DNA of 64,000 nucleotides, from assembly GCA_963822965.1 (NCBI GenBank), contig CAWGJT010000005.1, positions 672,001 to 736,000 on the forward strand. Reading direction: 5' to 3'. Source of the DNA: an uncultured delta proteobacterium (GTDB lineage Bacteria; Myxococcota_A; UBA9160; UBA4427). Each line of letters begins with the position of its first letter. Positions within the stretch are counted from its first letter, which is position 1. Made by a program: the position numbers and the translations under genes. Shown here in pieces: positions 1-10,595 of the stretch. The notes below the pieces were generated by a model that ran no database searches, was not told where the DNA came from, and was given only the letters and a program-made list of their open reading frames with translations.

Positions 1-156
1 GTGGCGGGGAACCACGTCGCGACCGAGACGCCGATTGCCGTCGAGCGAGAGCGGTGCACGGCCCTCCCGGGACGCCTCGTCGGGCGGCCGCCGGTGGGAC
101 GCCGGACACCCGAGGGACGTGGCGCACGTCAGCAGCAGGGCGGCGAGGGCTCGCAT
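1..156 (-). CDS. 5' part of a probable lipoprotein M1-family aminopeptidase (continues beyond the left edge)
   Basis: Manual translation MRALAALLLTCATSLGC...RRLGRDVVPRH. Lipobox-like SLGC and an RL-x-x-DVVP-x-H start typical of M1 aminopeptidases. Not in the ORF track. Confidence 0.55.
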   Translation of the reverse strand, partial: MRALAALLLTCATSLGCPASHRRPPDEASREGRAPLSLDGNRRLGRDVVPRH

Positions 157-290
157 GGGGCTCACGATGCGCGGGAACGTAGCGCGAGACGGTCTTCCTT
201 CGGGGTCCCGCGATTCCCGAGGACCCGATCCGGGGCCCTCGGGCACCCACGAAGCGGAATCTCGGCGAAGGCGAAGACGGAGGGCCCGAC

Positions 291-437
291 ATGCGCTTCG
301 TGATGATCTTCCTGCCTCTCTCGATCGCGGCGTTGGCGGCGGCCGGCGCCAGGGCCGCAGCCCCGGTGGCGGTGATCGTCCTGGCCGCCCTCATCGCCTC
401 GCTCGCCTCGAAGGGCGACGCGCGCTCGGAAGGCTGA
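291..437 (+). CDS. Small hydrophobic protein (48 aa), unknown function
   Basis: GGAGGG RBS before the ATG. Translation MRFVMIFLPLSIAALAAAGARAAAPVAVIVLAALIASLASKGDARSEG has two hydrophobic segments. Confidence 0.45.
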   Translation: MRFVMIFLPLSIAALAAAGARAAAPVAVIVLAALIASLASKGDARSEG

Positions 438-494
438 GCGGGGGCCCGGGCTCCCCGTCGGCAGGGGGAGCAGCGCCCCGACCCGCAGGACGGA

Positions 495-2240
495 TCAGGC
501 CTGGGCCGGCGAAGCCTGCGCTCCCCGCACCAGGCGTCCCGGTCGGGCGTCGGTCGGCTGGCCGTCCCGCAGGATCACCTCGCCCGCGACGATCGTCGCG
601 CGGTACCCCTCGGCGCGTTGGATCAGGCGGCGACCGTGCTCAGGCAGGTCGTAGACCATCTCCGGCAGCTTGAGCTGGATGTGGTCGGTGTCGATCACGT
701 TGAGATCCGCCTTCATGCCGGGCGCGATCACGCCGCGGTCGTGCAGCCCGTAGAGCTGCGCGGTGTCGTGGCTCATCCGCTTCACCACCAGCTCGATGGG
801 GATCCGCTTGCCGCGGCTGCGATCGCGCACCCAGTGGGTGAGCATGAAGGTCGGGATGCTCGCATCGCAGATGATGCCGCAGTGCGCTCCGCCGTCCCCG
901 AGCCCGAGGGCGGCGCGCGGGTGGTGGATCATCTCGTAGATGGGATCGCAGTTGAACTCGCTGTAGTTGAGCAGCGGGAAGAGCAGCAGCTCACGACCGT
1001 CGTGCTGCAGCATCAGGTCGTAGAGCATCTCTTCCGCGGGGCGGCCTGCTCTCTCGGCCATGGCGGCGACGCTCTCGTCGGCGCGCGGCTCGTAGTTCGG
1101 CGGCTCGCCCATCGGGAAGAGCTTGCCGAGGCTCGAGTTCACGAACGCCGCCATCGGATCGTCGTAGTGGACCTTCTCCGCCAGGATCTTCTCGCGCCGC
1201 TCCGGCTTGCGCAGCTCGGCCACGCGCTCGGCGAGGGGCAGGTGCACGATCTCCTTGTAGGCGGCGCGATCCGCGAAGGGGTGATAGTCGGTCTGGAAGC
1301 CGATCAGCATGCCGAAGGGCCGTCCGGCGATCTGCGGGTAGATCTCGGCGCCCTCCGCCACCGCCTCCGCGGACAGCTCGAGCAGCTCGCGCCAGAGCTG
1401 CGGCGCGGCGTCCACCTGCAGCATCGCGAAGCTCACCGGCCGCCGGATCTCCGCCGAGAGCCGGCGCATCCACTCCATCTCCTTCTTGGGACCGATGATG
1501 TCCTCACCGCCGGCGCCGGCGCCGGCCAGCTCGAAGATGCCCTGCCCCAGCTCGCCGAGCGCCCGGCCGATCCCGAAGAGCTCGTCCTCGGCCGCGAAGG
1601 TGCCGGGCACCGGCTCGCCGTCCACCGCCTTGTGGAGGATCGTCCGCGAGGTCGAGAAGCCGAGGGCCCCGGCCTGGATTCCCTCCTTCACGATGGCGGC
1701 CATCTGCGCGATGTCCTCGGGCGTGGCGGGCTCGTTCTTCGCACCGCGTTCGCCCATCACGTAGGTCCGGACGGCGCCGTGGGGCACCTGCGCGCCGACG
1801 TCGATCGCCAGCGCCGTCTTCTCGACGGCGTCGAGGAACTCGGGGAAGGTCTCCCACTGCCAGCGGATGCCCGCCGAGAGGGCGGTCCCGGGGATGTCCT
1901 CGACGCCCTCCATCAGCTGGATCAGGTACTCGTGCTGGTGCGGGCGTACGGGCGCGAAGCCCACCCCGCAGTTGCCGAAGACTGCGGTCGTCACCCCGTG
2001 CCAGGAGGACGGCGTGAGGAATGGATCCCAGGTGACCTGACCGTCGTAGTGGGTGTGGATGTCCACGAAGCCCGGGGTCACGACACAGCCGCCCGCGTCG
2101 ATCTCCTCCCGCGCCGCGTCGTCGATGCGGCCCCGCTCGACGCGGACGATGACCCCGTCCTTCACCGCGATCTCGCCGTCGAAGGCGGGCTCGCCGGTGC
2201 CGTCCACGATGCGGCCGTTGCGGATGATCAGGTCGTACAT
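495..2240 (-). CDS. N-acyl-D-amino-acid deacylase / amidohydrolase family protein
   Basis: [16 protein letters not shown] start, [11 protein letters not shown] metal-binding motif, [27 protein letters not shown]. Confidence 0.9.
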   Translation of the reverse strand: MYDLIIRNGRIVDGTGEPAFDGEIAVKDGVIVRVERGRIDDAAREEIDAGGCVVTPGFVDIHTHYDGQVTWDPFLTPSSWHGVTTAVFGNCGVGFAPVRPHQHEYLIQLMEGVEDIPGTALSAGIRWQWETFPEFLDAVEKTALAIDVGAQVPHGAVRTYVMGERGAKNEPATPEDIAQMAAIVKEGIQAGALGFSTSRTILHKAVDGEPVPGTFAAEDELFGIGRALGELGQGIFELAGAGAGGEDIIGPKKEMEWMRRLSAEIRRPVSFAMLQVDAAPQLWRELLELSAEAVAEGAEIYPQIAGRPFGMLIGFQTDYHPFADRAAYKEIVHLPLAERVAELRKPERREKILAEKVHYDDPMAAFVNSSLGKLFPMGEPPNYEPRADESVAAMAERAGRPAEEMLYDLMLQHDGRELLLFPLLNYSEFNCDPIYEMIHHPRAALGLGDGGAHCGIICDASIPTFMLTHWVRDRSRGKRIPIELVVKRMSHDTAQLYGLHDRGVIAPGMKADLNVIDTDHIQLKLPEMVYDLPEHGRRLIQRAEGYRATIVAGEVILRDGQPTDARPGRLVRGAQASPAQA

Positions 2241-2530
2241 GGGTCGCTCCTCGGGTCGCCGCGCACCGGGGCGGGTACGCGGGGGAATCTTCCGGAGGCT
2301 CTTGCGAGCGCCGGGCCGTCTCGCAGGGTACCACTCGCCACAGGATCGCTCCGCTGAACTGCATTCAAGGGGCCCTGGGGCCGCTTGCCGGTCCACCGGG
2401 GGCGCGCCGGATGCCGCCGCAACGAATCCGCAGGATTCGTCGGCCAGCAGCGCGACCCAAGACGAAGTCCTGGGTCGCGGTTCCGCCGCATGAGGGAGCC
2501 CAACGGGCTCCCTCGGCTAGCCTCCCCTGC

Positions 2531-2935
2531 ATGCCGGCAAGAGAAGCTCCCTCCTCCGAGGCCTGCACCCGCGGCGTCCGCGTGCAGGTGCGGGCGCGCT
2601 ACTCCCCGGAGCACTCCGCGCCCCAGCGCAGCCAGTGGTTCTTTCTCTATACGATCCGGATCGCCAACGAGAGCCCCGAGGTCGTGCAGCTCCTGACCCG
2701 GCACTGGATCATCACCGACGCCACCGGACACGTGGAAGAGGTGCGCGGACCGGGCGTGGTGGGCGTCCAGCCCCGTCTCCAGCCGGGCGAGGAGTTCGAG
2801 TACACCTCCGGCTGCCCGCTGCAGACCCCCTTCGGCAGCATGGAGGGGACCTTCCAGATGGTGGCCGGGAGCGACGCCGGCTTCGACGCCGTGGTGGCCC
2901 GCTTCGAGCTGCGCGACCCCGGCGCGGTGCACTGA
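2531..2935 (+). CDS. apaG: ApaG (Co2+/Mg2+ efflux-associated, DUF525) protein
   Basis: YTIRIAN, QLLTRHWIITD, VRGPGVVGVQP and FEYTSGCPLQTPFGSMEG signature motifs. Confidence 0.93.
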   Translation: MPAREAPSSEACTRGVRVQVRARYSPEHSAPQRSQWFFLYTIRIANESPEVVQLLTRHWIITDATGHVEEVRGPGVVGVQPRLQPGEEFEYTSGCPLQTPFGSMEGTFQMVAGSDAGFDAVVARFELRDPGAVH

Positions 2936-2986
2936 CCGACGCCGCGTCGGAGCCGGACTCCCGTCTCCCGCAGAGGCCGAGCCCCC

Positions 2987-4474
2987 TCAGAAGCTGTACT
3001 CGAGCCGGAGGAAGAGGCGGTCGTTGCGGCCGATCTCCTGGAAGAAGGGGCTCGTGCCCTGCTGGTACAGGACGATGCCGCCGCCCAGGACCAGCGCGTC
3101 CATCAGGTCGTAGCTCGCCTCGGCGCGCACCACCGACCCCACGTCGGCGTGGGTGCCCAGGAGCAACGCGACCCCCGTCACCCGCAGGCGCTGGTTCAGG
3201 AAGTCGGCGGTCACCCGGAGCGCCGTCTCGAGCAGGTCTTCCTTCGCGTAGGCGACCTGGACCCCGGCGACGGTCGTCTTCATCGCGGGGTCGAAGTCGA
3301 AGATGTGCCGGTTCACCACTTCGAGGGCGATCTGCACGTCGTTCCAGCCGTAGTACTCCACGCCCGCCATGGCGTCGAGACGCGACTTGTCCACCACCCG
3401 CGCCTCGGGCAGGTCGACGAGGTTGTACTCGAGACCGTCGAACCATCCCAGCTCGGCCTTGAAGAGCCAGCTCCCCGTCGTCCAGTTGCCGCCGGCGCCC
3501 ACCATCGTCACCAGCGGGAAGCGCTGCAGCAGCCCGGCCAGCGGGGAGACGACGAGCGGCTGGTTCTCGTACACGCGAGCCGCGTAGAACGAGACGTCCC
3601 AGCCCGAGAAGGTCCCCGTGAGCGAGCCGCCGTACTCCGGATCCGAGCCGAAGCGGTCGGGCTTGTCGGACGGCACGTCGACCTCGAAGGGCGTCGGGTT
3701 GAAGTCGTTGCCGATGGACGGGTTCCGGTCCTGCCGGAACTCGGGAATCACGAGCAGCTGCAGCGACCAGTCCCCGACCCCGCTCGGGATCCAGCGGGGG
3801 AAGTAATCGACCCGCGCCATCGTCACCGGCAGGCGGAGGTCCTCGATGTCGACGAGGCCCGGCTCGCGATTGTCCAGGGGGTTGAGGACGTCCAGCACGC
3901 GGAGCGTGTCCGAGCGGCCCCAGTTCACGATCTGGCGACCGAGCTTCACGTCGACGCTCGACACGGGACTCCCCTGCACGTACGCCTCGCGGAGATCGAT
4001 CTCCCACTCGTAGTCCTCGAGCACGTGGTCCGTGTAGCGAGAGCGTCCCTTGGCGACGTAGCTGAAGTCGTAGAAGCCGTAGCCCTCGATCCGCGCCTTC
4101 CAGTCCCCCGGCAGGTCGACGTCGAGCTGCAGGTCGAGCTGGGCCCGCAGCCGGTTCAGGTTTCCGTAGGGGGTGCCCGTCGCCGAGCTGTGACGCAGGT
4201 AGCTGTACGACGAGCCAAGGCTGAGATCCCCGGTCAGGTCGAAGAGGCGGGCGGCCGCAGGGGCCGTCGCCTCCGTCCCGGCGGCGTTCCCGGCCTCCGC
4301 CTCCGCGGCGGTGTCGCCCTCCTCGTCGTCGAAGCCTCCGAGATCGTCGTGGTCGCCGAAGCCGCCCAGGGTCTCCTCGAGGCTCTCCGAGTCCGCCGCG
4401 TGCAGCCGGAGCGGGAGGCCGGCCGCCACGATCGCCGCAGCCAGGGCCCCGCAGATGCAGAGCGCGCGGCTCAC
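2987..4474 (-). CDS. DUF1302-like outer-membrane beta-barrel protein
   Basis: Signal peptide, LREAY, KLGRQIVNWG..D and D.LNP.D motifs, C-terminal aromatic residue (LEYSF). Lies directly downstream of a LolA-like gene. Confidence 0.75.
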   Translation of the reverse strand: MSRALCICGALAAAIVAAGLPLRLHAADSESLEETLGGFGDHDDLGGFDDEEGDTAAEAEAGNAAGTEATAPAAARLFDLTGDLSLGSSYSYLRHSSATGTPYGNLNRLRAQLDLQLDVDLPGDWKARIEGYGFYDFSYVAKGRSRYTDHVLEDYEWEIDLREAYVQGSPVSSVDVKLGRQIVNWGRSDTLRVLDVLNPLDNREPGLVDIEDLRLPVTMARVDYFPRWIPSGVGDWSLQLLVIPEFRQDRNPSIGNDFNPTPFEVDVPSDKPDRFGSDPEYGGSLTGTFSGWDVSFYAARVYENQPLVVSPLAGLLQRFPLVTMVGAGGNWTTGSWLFKAELGWFDGLEYNLVDLPEARVVDKSRLDAMAGVEYYGWNDVQIALEVVNRHIFDFDPAMKTTVAGVQVAYAKEDLLETALRVTADFLNQRLRVTGVALLLGTHADVGSVVRAEASYDLMDALVLGGGIVLYQQGTSPFFQEIGRNDRLFLRLEYSF

Positions 4475-4478
4475 CCGC

Positions 4479-5306
4479 TCAGAGACCCTTTTCGAGCTGC
4501 CGGGTGGAGAAGAGATCCTCGGCCAGGTCCTGGTTGAAGCGAACGTTCTCGTTCTTCAGAACCGTCTTGTGCAGGACCTTCTTGCCCTTCTTCGTGGTCA
4601 TGTGCATCTCGGTGGGCACCCAGATGCCGTCGATGCGCTCGAGGCTCTTCACCTCGAGGTACTTGTTGCGACCGCCCTTCTTGAGCCAGGTCTTGGCGCG
4701 CACGACGACGTAGTTGTCCTTGCGCACGAAGGAGACCGTCTTCGTGGCTCCCGTCTCGTCGATCTCCTCCTCCGTGCGGGGAATCGCCTCGATGATCCAC
4801 ACCGGCGCGCCGTCTACCTCCCCCTCCTGGAGCAGGCGATAGTCGTAGTTCTTCAGGGGGCGCGAGGTCAGGTCCGCATAGCTGAAGTCTGATCCCATGA
4901 ACGACCCGCTCTTGTCGCCCGTCGCGATGCGCTTGGTCTTCTTGAGCGCGGGCAGATAGAGCCACTGGTCGTCGTCGCGATCCTCGTCGTCGTAGTCGTA
5001 GGTGAGGAAGCCCGTGTCCTTCACGTCCGCGGGCTCGAGGAAGAACATGAGCTGGTAGTCGTCCTTCCCGAAGTCCTTGACGAAGAGGCGGATCCTTCGC
5101 ACGCGCTCGTTGCCTCGCTTGTCGATCAGGATCATCTCGAGATCGGAGATGCCGTCGTCGCCGTCGTCCCGTTCGTCCACCGCCTTCATGATGGCGCGGG
5201 CATCCGGGGCTTCGGCTGCGAAGGAGGCGCCGACGGCGAGCATGCCGCAGGCGATCAGGACCGCGGAGCCCCCGAACCGAAGACGACGTCGGGTCGACTG
5301 CCTCAT
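4479..5306 (-). CDS. Outer-membrane lipoprotein-sorting (LolA-like) periplasmic protein
   Basis: Signal peptide, F.EPADVKDTGFL, QWLYLPALKKTKRI and SFMGSDFSYADL motifs. GGGAGG RBS. Confidence 0.88.
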   Translation of the reverse strand: MRQSTRRRLRFGGSAVLIACGMLAVGASFAAEAPDARAIMKAVDERDDGDDGISDLEMILIDKRGNERVRRIRLFVKDFGKDDYQLMFFLEPADVKDTGFLTYDYDDEDRDDDQWLYLPALKKTKRIATGDKSGSFMGSDFSYADLTSRPLKNYDYRLLQEGEVDGAPVWIIEAIPRTEEEIDETGATKTVSFVRKDNYVVVRAKTWLKKGGRNKYLEVKSLERIDGIWVPTEMHMTTKKGKKVLHKTVLKNENVRFNQDLAEDLFSTRQLEKGL

Positions 5307-5563
5307 GCCTCCCTCCCCTGCGAGCGATCCGTGCTCGGACACGGAGCCAGAGTCAAGCAACGATCGCGAGCGCGAACAAGCAACGAGCGAAGCGACCCGC
5401 CGCATCTGCCGCGATCTGCGCATGGTTTGCGAGCCCCTTGCCCGTCCTCCACCGCCGACGTCGTGAAGAAGATGCACAAGCTCCCGCGCTCCCACGAGCA
5501 GACACGGGACGCGCGCGCGGCCTTCGCCGGCCGGGATGGTGCTCGCCACCCGCCGGTGCGCGG

Positions 5564-6322
5564 TCATCCGTCCAGCAACGCTGGCAGCTCCGACAGATCC
5601 CTGATCTGGTGATCCGGCGCCGGACCGACGTGGTTCCGCAGCCGCGCCGCCGGGTCGGCGATCCGCCGGGTGAGCCACGCCGTCCGCATGCCGAGGGCGG
5701 CCGCGCCCGCGACGTCCGCCGACAGGTTGTCCCCCACGTGGAGCGTCGCCTGCGGCTCGGTGCCCAGGGCGTCGAGGACCGCCTGGAAGATCTCCGGTCG
5801 CGGCTTCCGGATGCCGGCGGCGTCGGACACCACCACCACGTCCAGGTGCACGTCGAGCCCGGCCTCCCGCAAGACCCGCAGCGCGGTCTCCGAGTGGCTG
5901 AAGTTCGAGCAGAGCGCGAGGGGAACCCGGGCCCGCAGCGCCGCGAGCACCGCGGGATGGTGATCGAGCGACCGCACCTGCGCGCGCAGGGCATCCATGT
6001 GCACCTCGACCAGGCGCAGGGCCAGCGAGGCCTCGTGGATCCCGAGCCGCTCGAGCAACACCTCGAAGCGTTCGCGGGTAGGCAGCTCGAGGCCCCGCGC
6101 GTAGCGGCTCTCGCGAAACTCGGAATCGACCCGACCCAGGGTCTCGGCGAACACGTCGAAGGGCACGGGCACGCTGCGCGCGACCATCTCGTGCAGGGCC
6201 GGGGTGGTCGCGGCGATCCGGGCACCGCGATGCTCGAGGGGCGGCAGCCGTTCCATGTGCAGATCGACCAGGGTGTCGAAGAGGTCGAAGACCACGGCCC
6301 CGATCGCGGGATGCGCGCTCAC
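5564..6322 (-). CDS. HAD-family hydrolase
   Basis: FDLFDTLVD (motif I), CSN, RKP.PEIF and HVGDNLSADVAGA. GTG start overlaps the upstream stop (GTGA). Confidence 0.88.
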   Translation of the reverse strand: MSAHPAIGAVVFDLFDTLVDLHMERLPPLEHRGARIAATTPALHEMVARSVPVPFDVFAETLGRVDSEFRESRYARGLELPTRERFEVLLERLGIHEASLALRLVEVHMDALRAQVRSLDHHPAVLAALRARVPLALCSNFSHSETALRVLREAGLDVHLDVVVVSDAAGIRKPRPEIFQAVLDALGTEPQATLHVGDNLSADVAGAAALGMRTAWLTRRIADPAARLRNHVGPAPDHQIRDLSELPALLDG

Positions 6323-7275
6323 GGGACCAACCCGATCTCGCGCAGCCGGAGAGCGAGGAAGTCGCCGGCGGTGATCGGCGGATACCGGGCCGGGCGCTCC
6401 GGTCCGGCGAAGCGCGGAAGCACGCTGAGATCGCATTCGGGACGGGGATGCGAGAAGAAGGGCAGCGAATAGCGGTGTCCCTCGGCGGCGCCCTTCGGAT
6501 TCACCACCCGGTGGGTGGTCGAGGGCACCACGTCGTTGGTGAGGCGCGACAGCATGTCGCCCGAGTCGACCACGATGTGCCCGGGCGGAACGTCCACGGA
6601 CAGCCAGCGCTCGCGAGCGCCGGGGAGGCGGATCTCGAGACCGGCGTCGGTCGCCTCGCACAGCAGGGTGATCAGGTTGATGTCCTCGTGGGCGGCGGCG
6701 CGGACGGCGCCCGGCGGGACGTCCGGCGGAACCGGAGGATAGTGGAGGGCGCGCAGGATGCTGTTCCCGCCGACGGTCATCGAGCACAAGGCGTCCAGCA
6801 GCAGCTCGAAAGCCAGCGCCAGCGCCTCGAGGATCGAGGTCGCGCAGTCCTCGAGCGCCCGGAAGAGCCGCACGCCGTCGGCGCGCAGCGCGGCCGGCTC
6901 TTCCGGCCAGACGTTCTCCGGATACGCGTCGCGGTCCGCGCCCGCGGACACGGCGTCCGCCTCCTGACCGATGTGGAAGAACTCCTTGAGATCGGGGGCG
7001 GCGTGATCCCGGGCGTGCTCGACGCCGAAGGGCGTGAAGCCCCGCTGTCCACCCGCGACGCCGGAGCAGGCCGCCTTACCGCGTTCGTCCCCGGCGAAGA
7101 AGCGCTCGAAGTGGGCGTAGACCCGCCGGATCAGCCGGGGGTCGACGCCATGGCGCACGACGCGCACGAAGCCCAGCTCGCACAGGCCGTCGCGCAGGGC
7201 CTGCTGGCAACCCCGCCTTCGCGAGCCGCTGCCCTCGCGATGTGCCGACAGGTCGATGACGGGAATCCCGTCCAT
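6319..7275 (-). CDS. Isopenicillin-N-synthase-like 2OG-Fe(II) oxygenase
   Basis: IPVIDLS, DLKEFF, LRALHYPP, AHEDINLITLL (HxD), STTHRV and RYS motifs. Confidence 0.9.
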   Translation of the reverse strand: MDGIPVIDLSAHREGSGSRRRGCQQALRDGLCELGFVRVVRHGVDPRLIRRVYAHFERFFAGDERGKAACSGVAGGQRGFTPFGVEHARDHAAPDLKEFFHIGQEADAVSAGADRDAYPENVWPEEPAALRADGVRLFRALEDCATSILEALALAFELLLDALCSMTVGGNSILRALHYPPVPPDVPPGAVRAAAHEDINLITLLCEATDAGLEIRLPGARERWLSVDVPPGHIVVDSGDMLSRLTNDVVPSTTHRVVNPKGAAEGHRYSLPFFSHPRPECDLSVLPRFAGPERPARYPPITAGDFLALRLREIGLVP

Positions 7276-7353
7276 GCCGTTCCGCCTCCAGACGAACGCG
7301 TATAATACGGCGACCCCGGGCTTCCGACCCGAGGAGGGGCGATTGGTGACGGA

Positions 7354-9186
7354 GTGGCGATGGGGTTCCTGACGACGCTGCGCCGGGACACCAACTACCT
7401 GGGAATGGGCGCCCGCATCGCCTGGCGCATGCGAAGGCTCCGCCCCGACGGCACCTTCACCGCCGCCGACCTCGTCGAGCAATGGGCGCAGCGGACCCCC
7501 GGAGCCGTCGCCGTCCGCTTCGAAGGCCGCGACCTGAGCTACGCGGAGCTCGACGCCGCCGCCAATCGCTACGCGGGCTGGGCCCACGCGGCCGGGATCT
7601 CCCGCGGCGACGCCGTCGCCCTGCTGATGGAGAACCGTCCCGAGTTCCTCGCCTGCTGGCTCGGTCTCGCGAAGATCGGGGCCGTGGGGGCGCTCATCAA
7701 CACGAACCTCACCGGCGCGTCCCTGGCGCACTGCCTGCGGGTGTCCGGGGCACGCCATCTGGTGCTCGGCGCGGAGCTGTGCGACGCCTGGACGAGCGCG
7801 CGCGACCAGCTGGAGAGCCCCCCGCGCGTGTGGCTCACCCGCGAGGGCGCCTCCGCCACCTCGGAGGCCCGAACGCCCGAGCCTGGCTGGCAGGACCTCG
7901 ACGCGCACCTGGCCGAGGCGTCTCCGCAGGGCGACCGATCCCTGCGCGCGGGCCTCACCGCGCGGGACAAGCTCTTCTACATCTACACCAGCGGCACCAC
8001 CGGAAATCCGAAGGCGGCGAACATCAGCCACTTCCGCTTCCTGTACGTGGCCTCCGCGTTCTCGGGCATCTGCGCCGCACGGCCCGAGGACCGCATGTAC
8101 GTGGTGCTGCCCCTCTACCACACGGCCGGCGGCGTGGTGGCCGTGGGACTCACCTTCGTCGCGGGGGGCACCGTCGTGCTGCGGCGACGGTTCTCCGCCA
8201 GCCAGTTCTGGACGGACTGCCGCCGCGAGCAGGTCACCCTGTTCCAGTACATCGGCGAGCTGTGCCGCTACCTGGTGAACTCGCCGGAAGGACCCGACGA
8301 GCGCAGCCATCACCTGCGGCTCTGTCTCGGCAACGGCCTGCGGCCGGACATCTGGGAGACCTTCCAGCAGCGCTTCGCGATCCCGCAGATCATCGAGTTC
8401 TACGGCGCCACCGAGGGCAACGTCGCCCTCTTCAACCCCGACGGGAAGGTGGGCGCCATCGGGCGCGTCCCGCCGCTGCTCAAGAACGTGATGAAGATGA
8501 AGCTCGTGCGCTTCGACGACGAGCGCGAGGAGCCCACCCGCGGCCCGGACGGCTTCTGCATCGAGTCGGCGCCCGGCGAGCCCGGGGAAGCCATCGGCTT
8601 GATCCCCCGAAACCCCCACACACCCCTGGGACAGTTCGAGGGCTACACCGACGAGCGGGCGACGGAGAAGAAGATTCTGCACGACGTCTTCGAGAAGGGC
8701 GACGCCTGGTTCCGGACGGGCGACCTGATGCGCTGCGACGAGGAGGGCTACTACTACTTCGTCGACCGCATCGGCGACACCTTCCGCTGGAAGGGCGAGA
8801 ACGTCTCCACCAGCGAGGTGGCTGCGGCTCTCGGCCGCGTGCCGGGCGTCCGGGAAGCCAACGTCTACGGCGTGACCGTGCCCGGCGCGGACGGCCGCGC
8901 GGGGATGGCCTCGCTCGTGGTCGACGGGGACTTCGACCTGCACAGCCTGCACGCGGGCGTCCGGCGGGAGCTTGCGGTCTACGCGCGCCCGCTCTTCATC
9001 CGGCTGCAGAGCGAGATGCAGGTCACGGGCACCTTCAAGCACCGCAAGGTCGACCTCGTCGCCGAGGGCTTCGACCCGGCTCGCATCTCCGATCGGCTCT
9101 ACTTCGACGACCCGGAGAAGGATGCCTTCGTCCCCCTGGACGGCTCGGTGTACGAGCGCATCACGGCCGGGCAGGTGCGGCTCTGA
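7354..9186 (+). CDS. Long-chain acyl-CoA synthetase (FATP/VLACS type)
   Basis: YIYTSGTTGNPKAA, FQYIGELCRYL, EFYGATEG and DRIGDTFRWKGENVST. Confidence 0.92.
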   Translation: MAMGFLTTLRRDTNYLGMGARIAWRMRRLRPDGTFTAADLVEQWAQRTPGAVAVRFEGRDLSYAELDAAANRYAGWAHAAGISRGDAVALLMENRPEFLACWLGLAKIGAVGALINTNLTGASLAHCLRVSGARHLVLGAELCDAWTSARDQLESPPRVWLTREGASATSEARTPEPGWQDLDAHLAEASPQGDRSLRAGLTARDKLFYIYTSGTTGNPKAANISHFRFLYVASAFSGICAARPEDRMYVVLPLYHTAGGVVAVGLTFVAGGTVVLRRRFSASQFWTDCRREQVTLFQYIGELCRYLVNSPEGPDERSHHLRLCLGNGLRPDIWETFQQRFAIPQIIEFYGATEGNVALFNPDGKVGAIGRVPPLLKNVMKMKLVRFDDEREEPTRGPDGFCIESAPGEPGEAIGLIPRNPHTPLGQFEGYTDERATEKKILHDVFEKGDAWFRTGDLMRCDEEGYYYFVDRIGDTFRWKGENVSTSEVAAALGRVPGVREANVYGVTVPGADGRAGMASLVVDGDFDLHSLHAGVRRELAVYARPLFIRLQSEMQVTGTFKHRKVDLVAEGFDPARISDRLYFDDPEKDAFVPLDGSVYERITAGQVRL

Positions 9187-10595
9187 GCGCGGCGGAGACG
9201 GACAGAGCCGCGTCGATCCGGCCGAGCGCCCGGGGCCTGGCGCTCGTCGTCGCCCTGGGCGCCGTGCACGGGGGATGGGCACTGTTCCAGTGGACCCAGC
9301 TCGTGGCGGCGCGCAGCGGAGGCGAGCCCTTCTGCGGGCTCGGCGACGGCGCGACCTGCACCGAGATCTGGGACTCCTCCTTCGCCGGCGCCGTCCAGGC
9401 CTGGACGGGCGTTCCGATCGCCGGCTGGGGACTCGTCTGGAGCCTGGCGGCCTTCGCGCTGCCGCTGCTGGCCCTGACGGACCGCGCGTCGCCGGGGGAG
9501 CCGGGCTCCACCCGGGCCGCCATGGGCTCCGCGTGGGCGGCCACCCTGTGGATGGCGATCGGGGGCCTGGCGGCGGTCGCGCTCCTCTCCACGGTCTCCG
9601 TGATCTCGGGCGGCCTCTGCACCACCTGCGTCGTCACCTACACGCTCGTCGCCAGCTACGCGGCCACCTGCTTCGTGCAGACGCCGCCGCGGACCGTGGC
9701 CCTCGGCAAGGGACTCTCGCTGGCGGCCGGCGCCCTGGCGGTGGCGTTCGTGCTGCTCTTCGTCCCGGGGCTGCGCACGCCCATGAGCCAGAGCGCCGAG
9801 GGGCGGGAGGCGCTGGCGCGCGCCGGCAGCGCGCCCGTCGCGCCCTCGTCCTCCGAAGCCGAGACGCCGGAGGACCCCGCCCGGGCGGCGATCGCGAAGC
9901 TCCTCGGCGAGCTGCCGACGCGCATGCTGCAGGTGATGAGCGACGAGCTGCACCGCTATGCGACGGCGTCGCCGGTTCCCCTGCGTCCGCCGCGGGCGCT
10001 GGTGGGCTCCCCCGACGCACCCGTGCGCTTCACCACCTTCACGGACGTGCTGTGCAGCCACTGCGCGAACCTGCACGACACGCTCGAGCAGCTGCGGACC
10101 GCGCTTCCCGAGGGCGCCTTCAGCCTGGAGTCGCGCCATTTCCCCCTGGACCCCGGCTGCAACCCGAGCCTGCACGGGGAGTCGAGGGCGCCGGTTCGCT
10201 GCCTGGCGGCGCGGGCGGAGATCTGCGCCGAGGGCCGACCGGGCGCCTTCGAGCTCGCCGGACGGCTCTACGTGAACCAGCGCAGCCTGGACGAGGAGGG
10301 CGTCTACACGCTCGCGGAGCCGATCCTCTCACGCCCGGAGCTGCGGGCCTGCGTCGCCGACCCGAAGACCGACGCCAGGCTTCGGGACGACATCGCCTGG
10401 GCGACCGAGCACCACATCCACGGAACGCCCCTGGTGCTGCTGAACGGGCGACCGGTGGCCTCCTTCGGCCCGCTCCTCTACGCGCTGGTGCTGACGAAGG
10501 GCGACCCGGACGATCCGGCCTTCGCACGGCTTCCGCCTCCGCAGGTCGAGGCTACCGACGACGAACACGGGCACCCGCCCGGCGGGTCTCAATAG
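9183..10595 (+). CDS. VKOR-family membrane oxidoreductase fused to a DsbA/thioredoxin domain (start uncertain)
   Basis: Loop cysteines CGLGDGATC, membrane CTTC, soluble CSHC, HFPLD..CN and GTP. The only start upstream of TM1 is a CTG overlapping the previous TGA. Confidence 0.8.
   Translation: MSAAETDRAASIRPSARGLALVVALGAVHGGWALFQWTQLVAARSGGEPFCGLGDGATCTEIWDSSFAGAVQAWTGVPIAGWGLVWSLAAFALPLLALTDRASPGEPGSTRAAMGSAWAATLWMAIGGLAAVALLSTVSVISGGLCTTCVVTYTLVASYAATCFVQTPPRTVALGKGLSLAAGALAVAFVLLFVPGLRTPMSQSAEGREALARAGSAPVAPSSSEAETPEDPARAAIAKLLGELPTRMLQVMSDELHRYATASPVPLRPPRALVGSPDAPVRFTTFTDVLCSHCANLHDTLEQLRTALPEGAFSLESRHFPLDPGCNPSLHGESRAPVRCLAARAEICAEGRPGAFELAGRLYVNQRSLDEEGVYTLAEPILSRPELRACVADPKTDARLRDDIAWATEHHIHGTPLVLLNGRPVASFGPLLYALVLTKGDPDDPAFARLPPPQVEATDDEHGHPPGGSQ

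Noticed and set aside
5461..5479. TCGTGAA-N5-TGCACAA as a CRP or Rex box
   Set aside because: The spacing is one base off both consensus patterns; it is only an imperfect palindrome.
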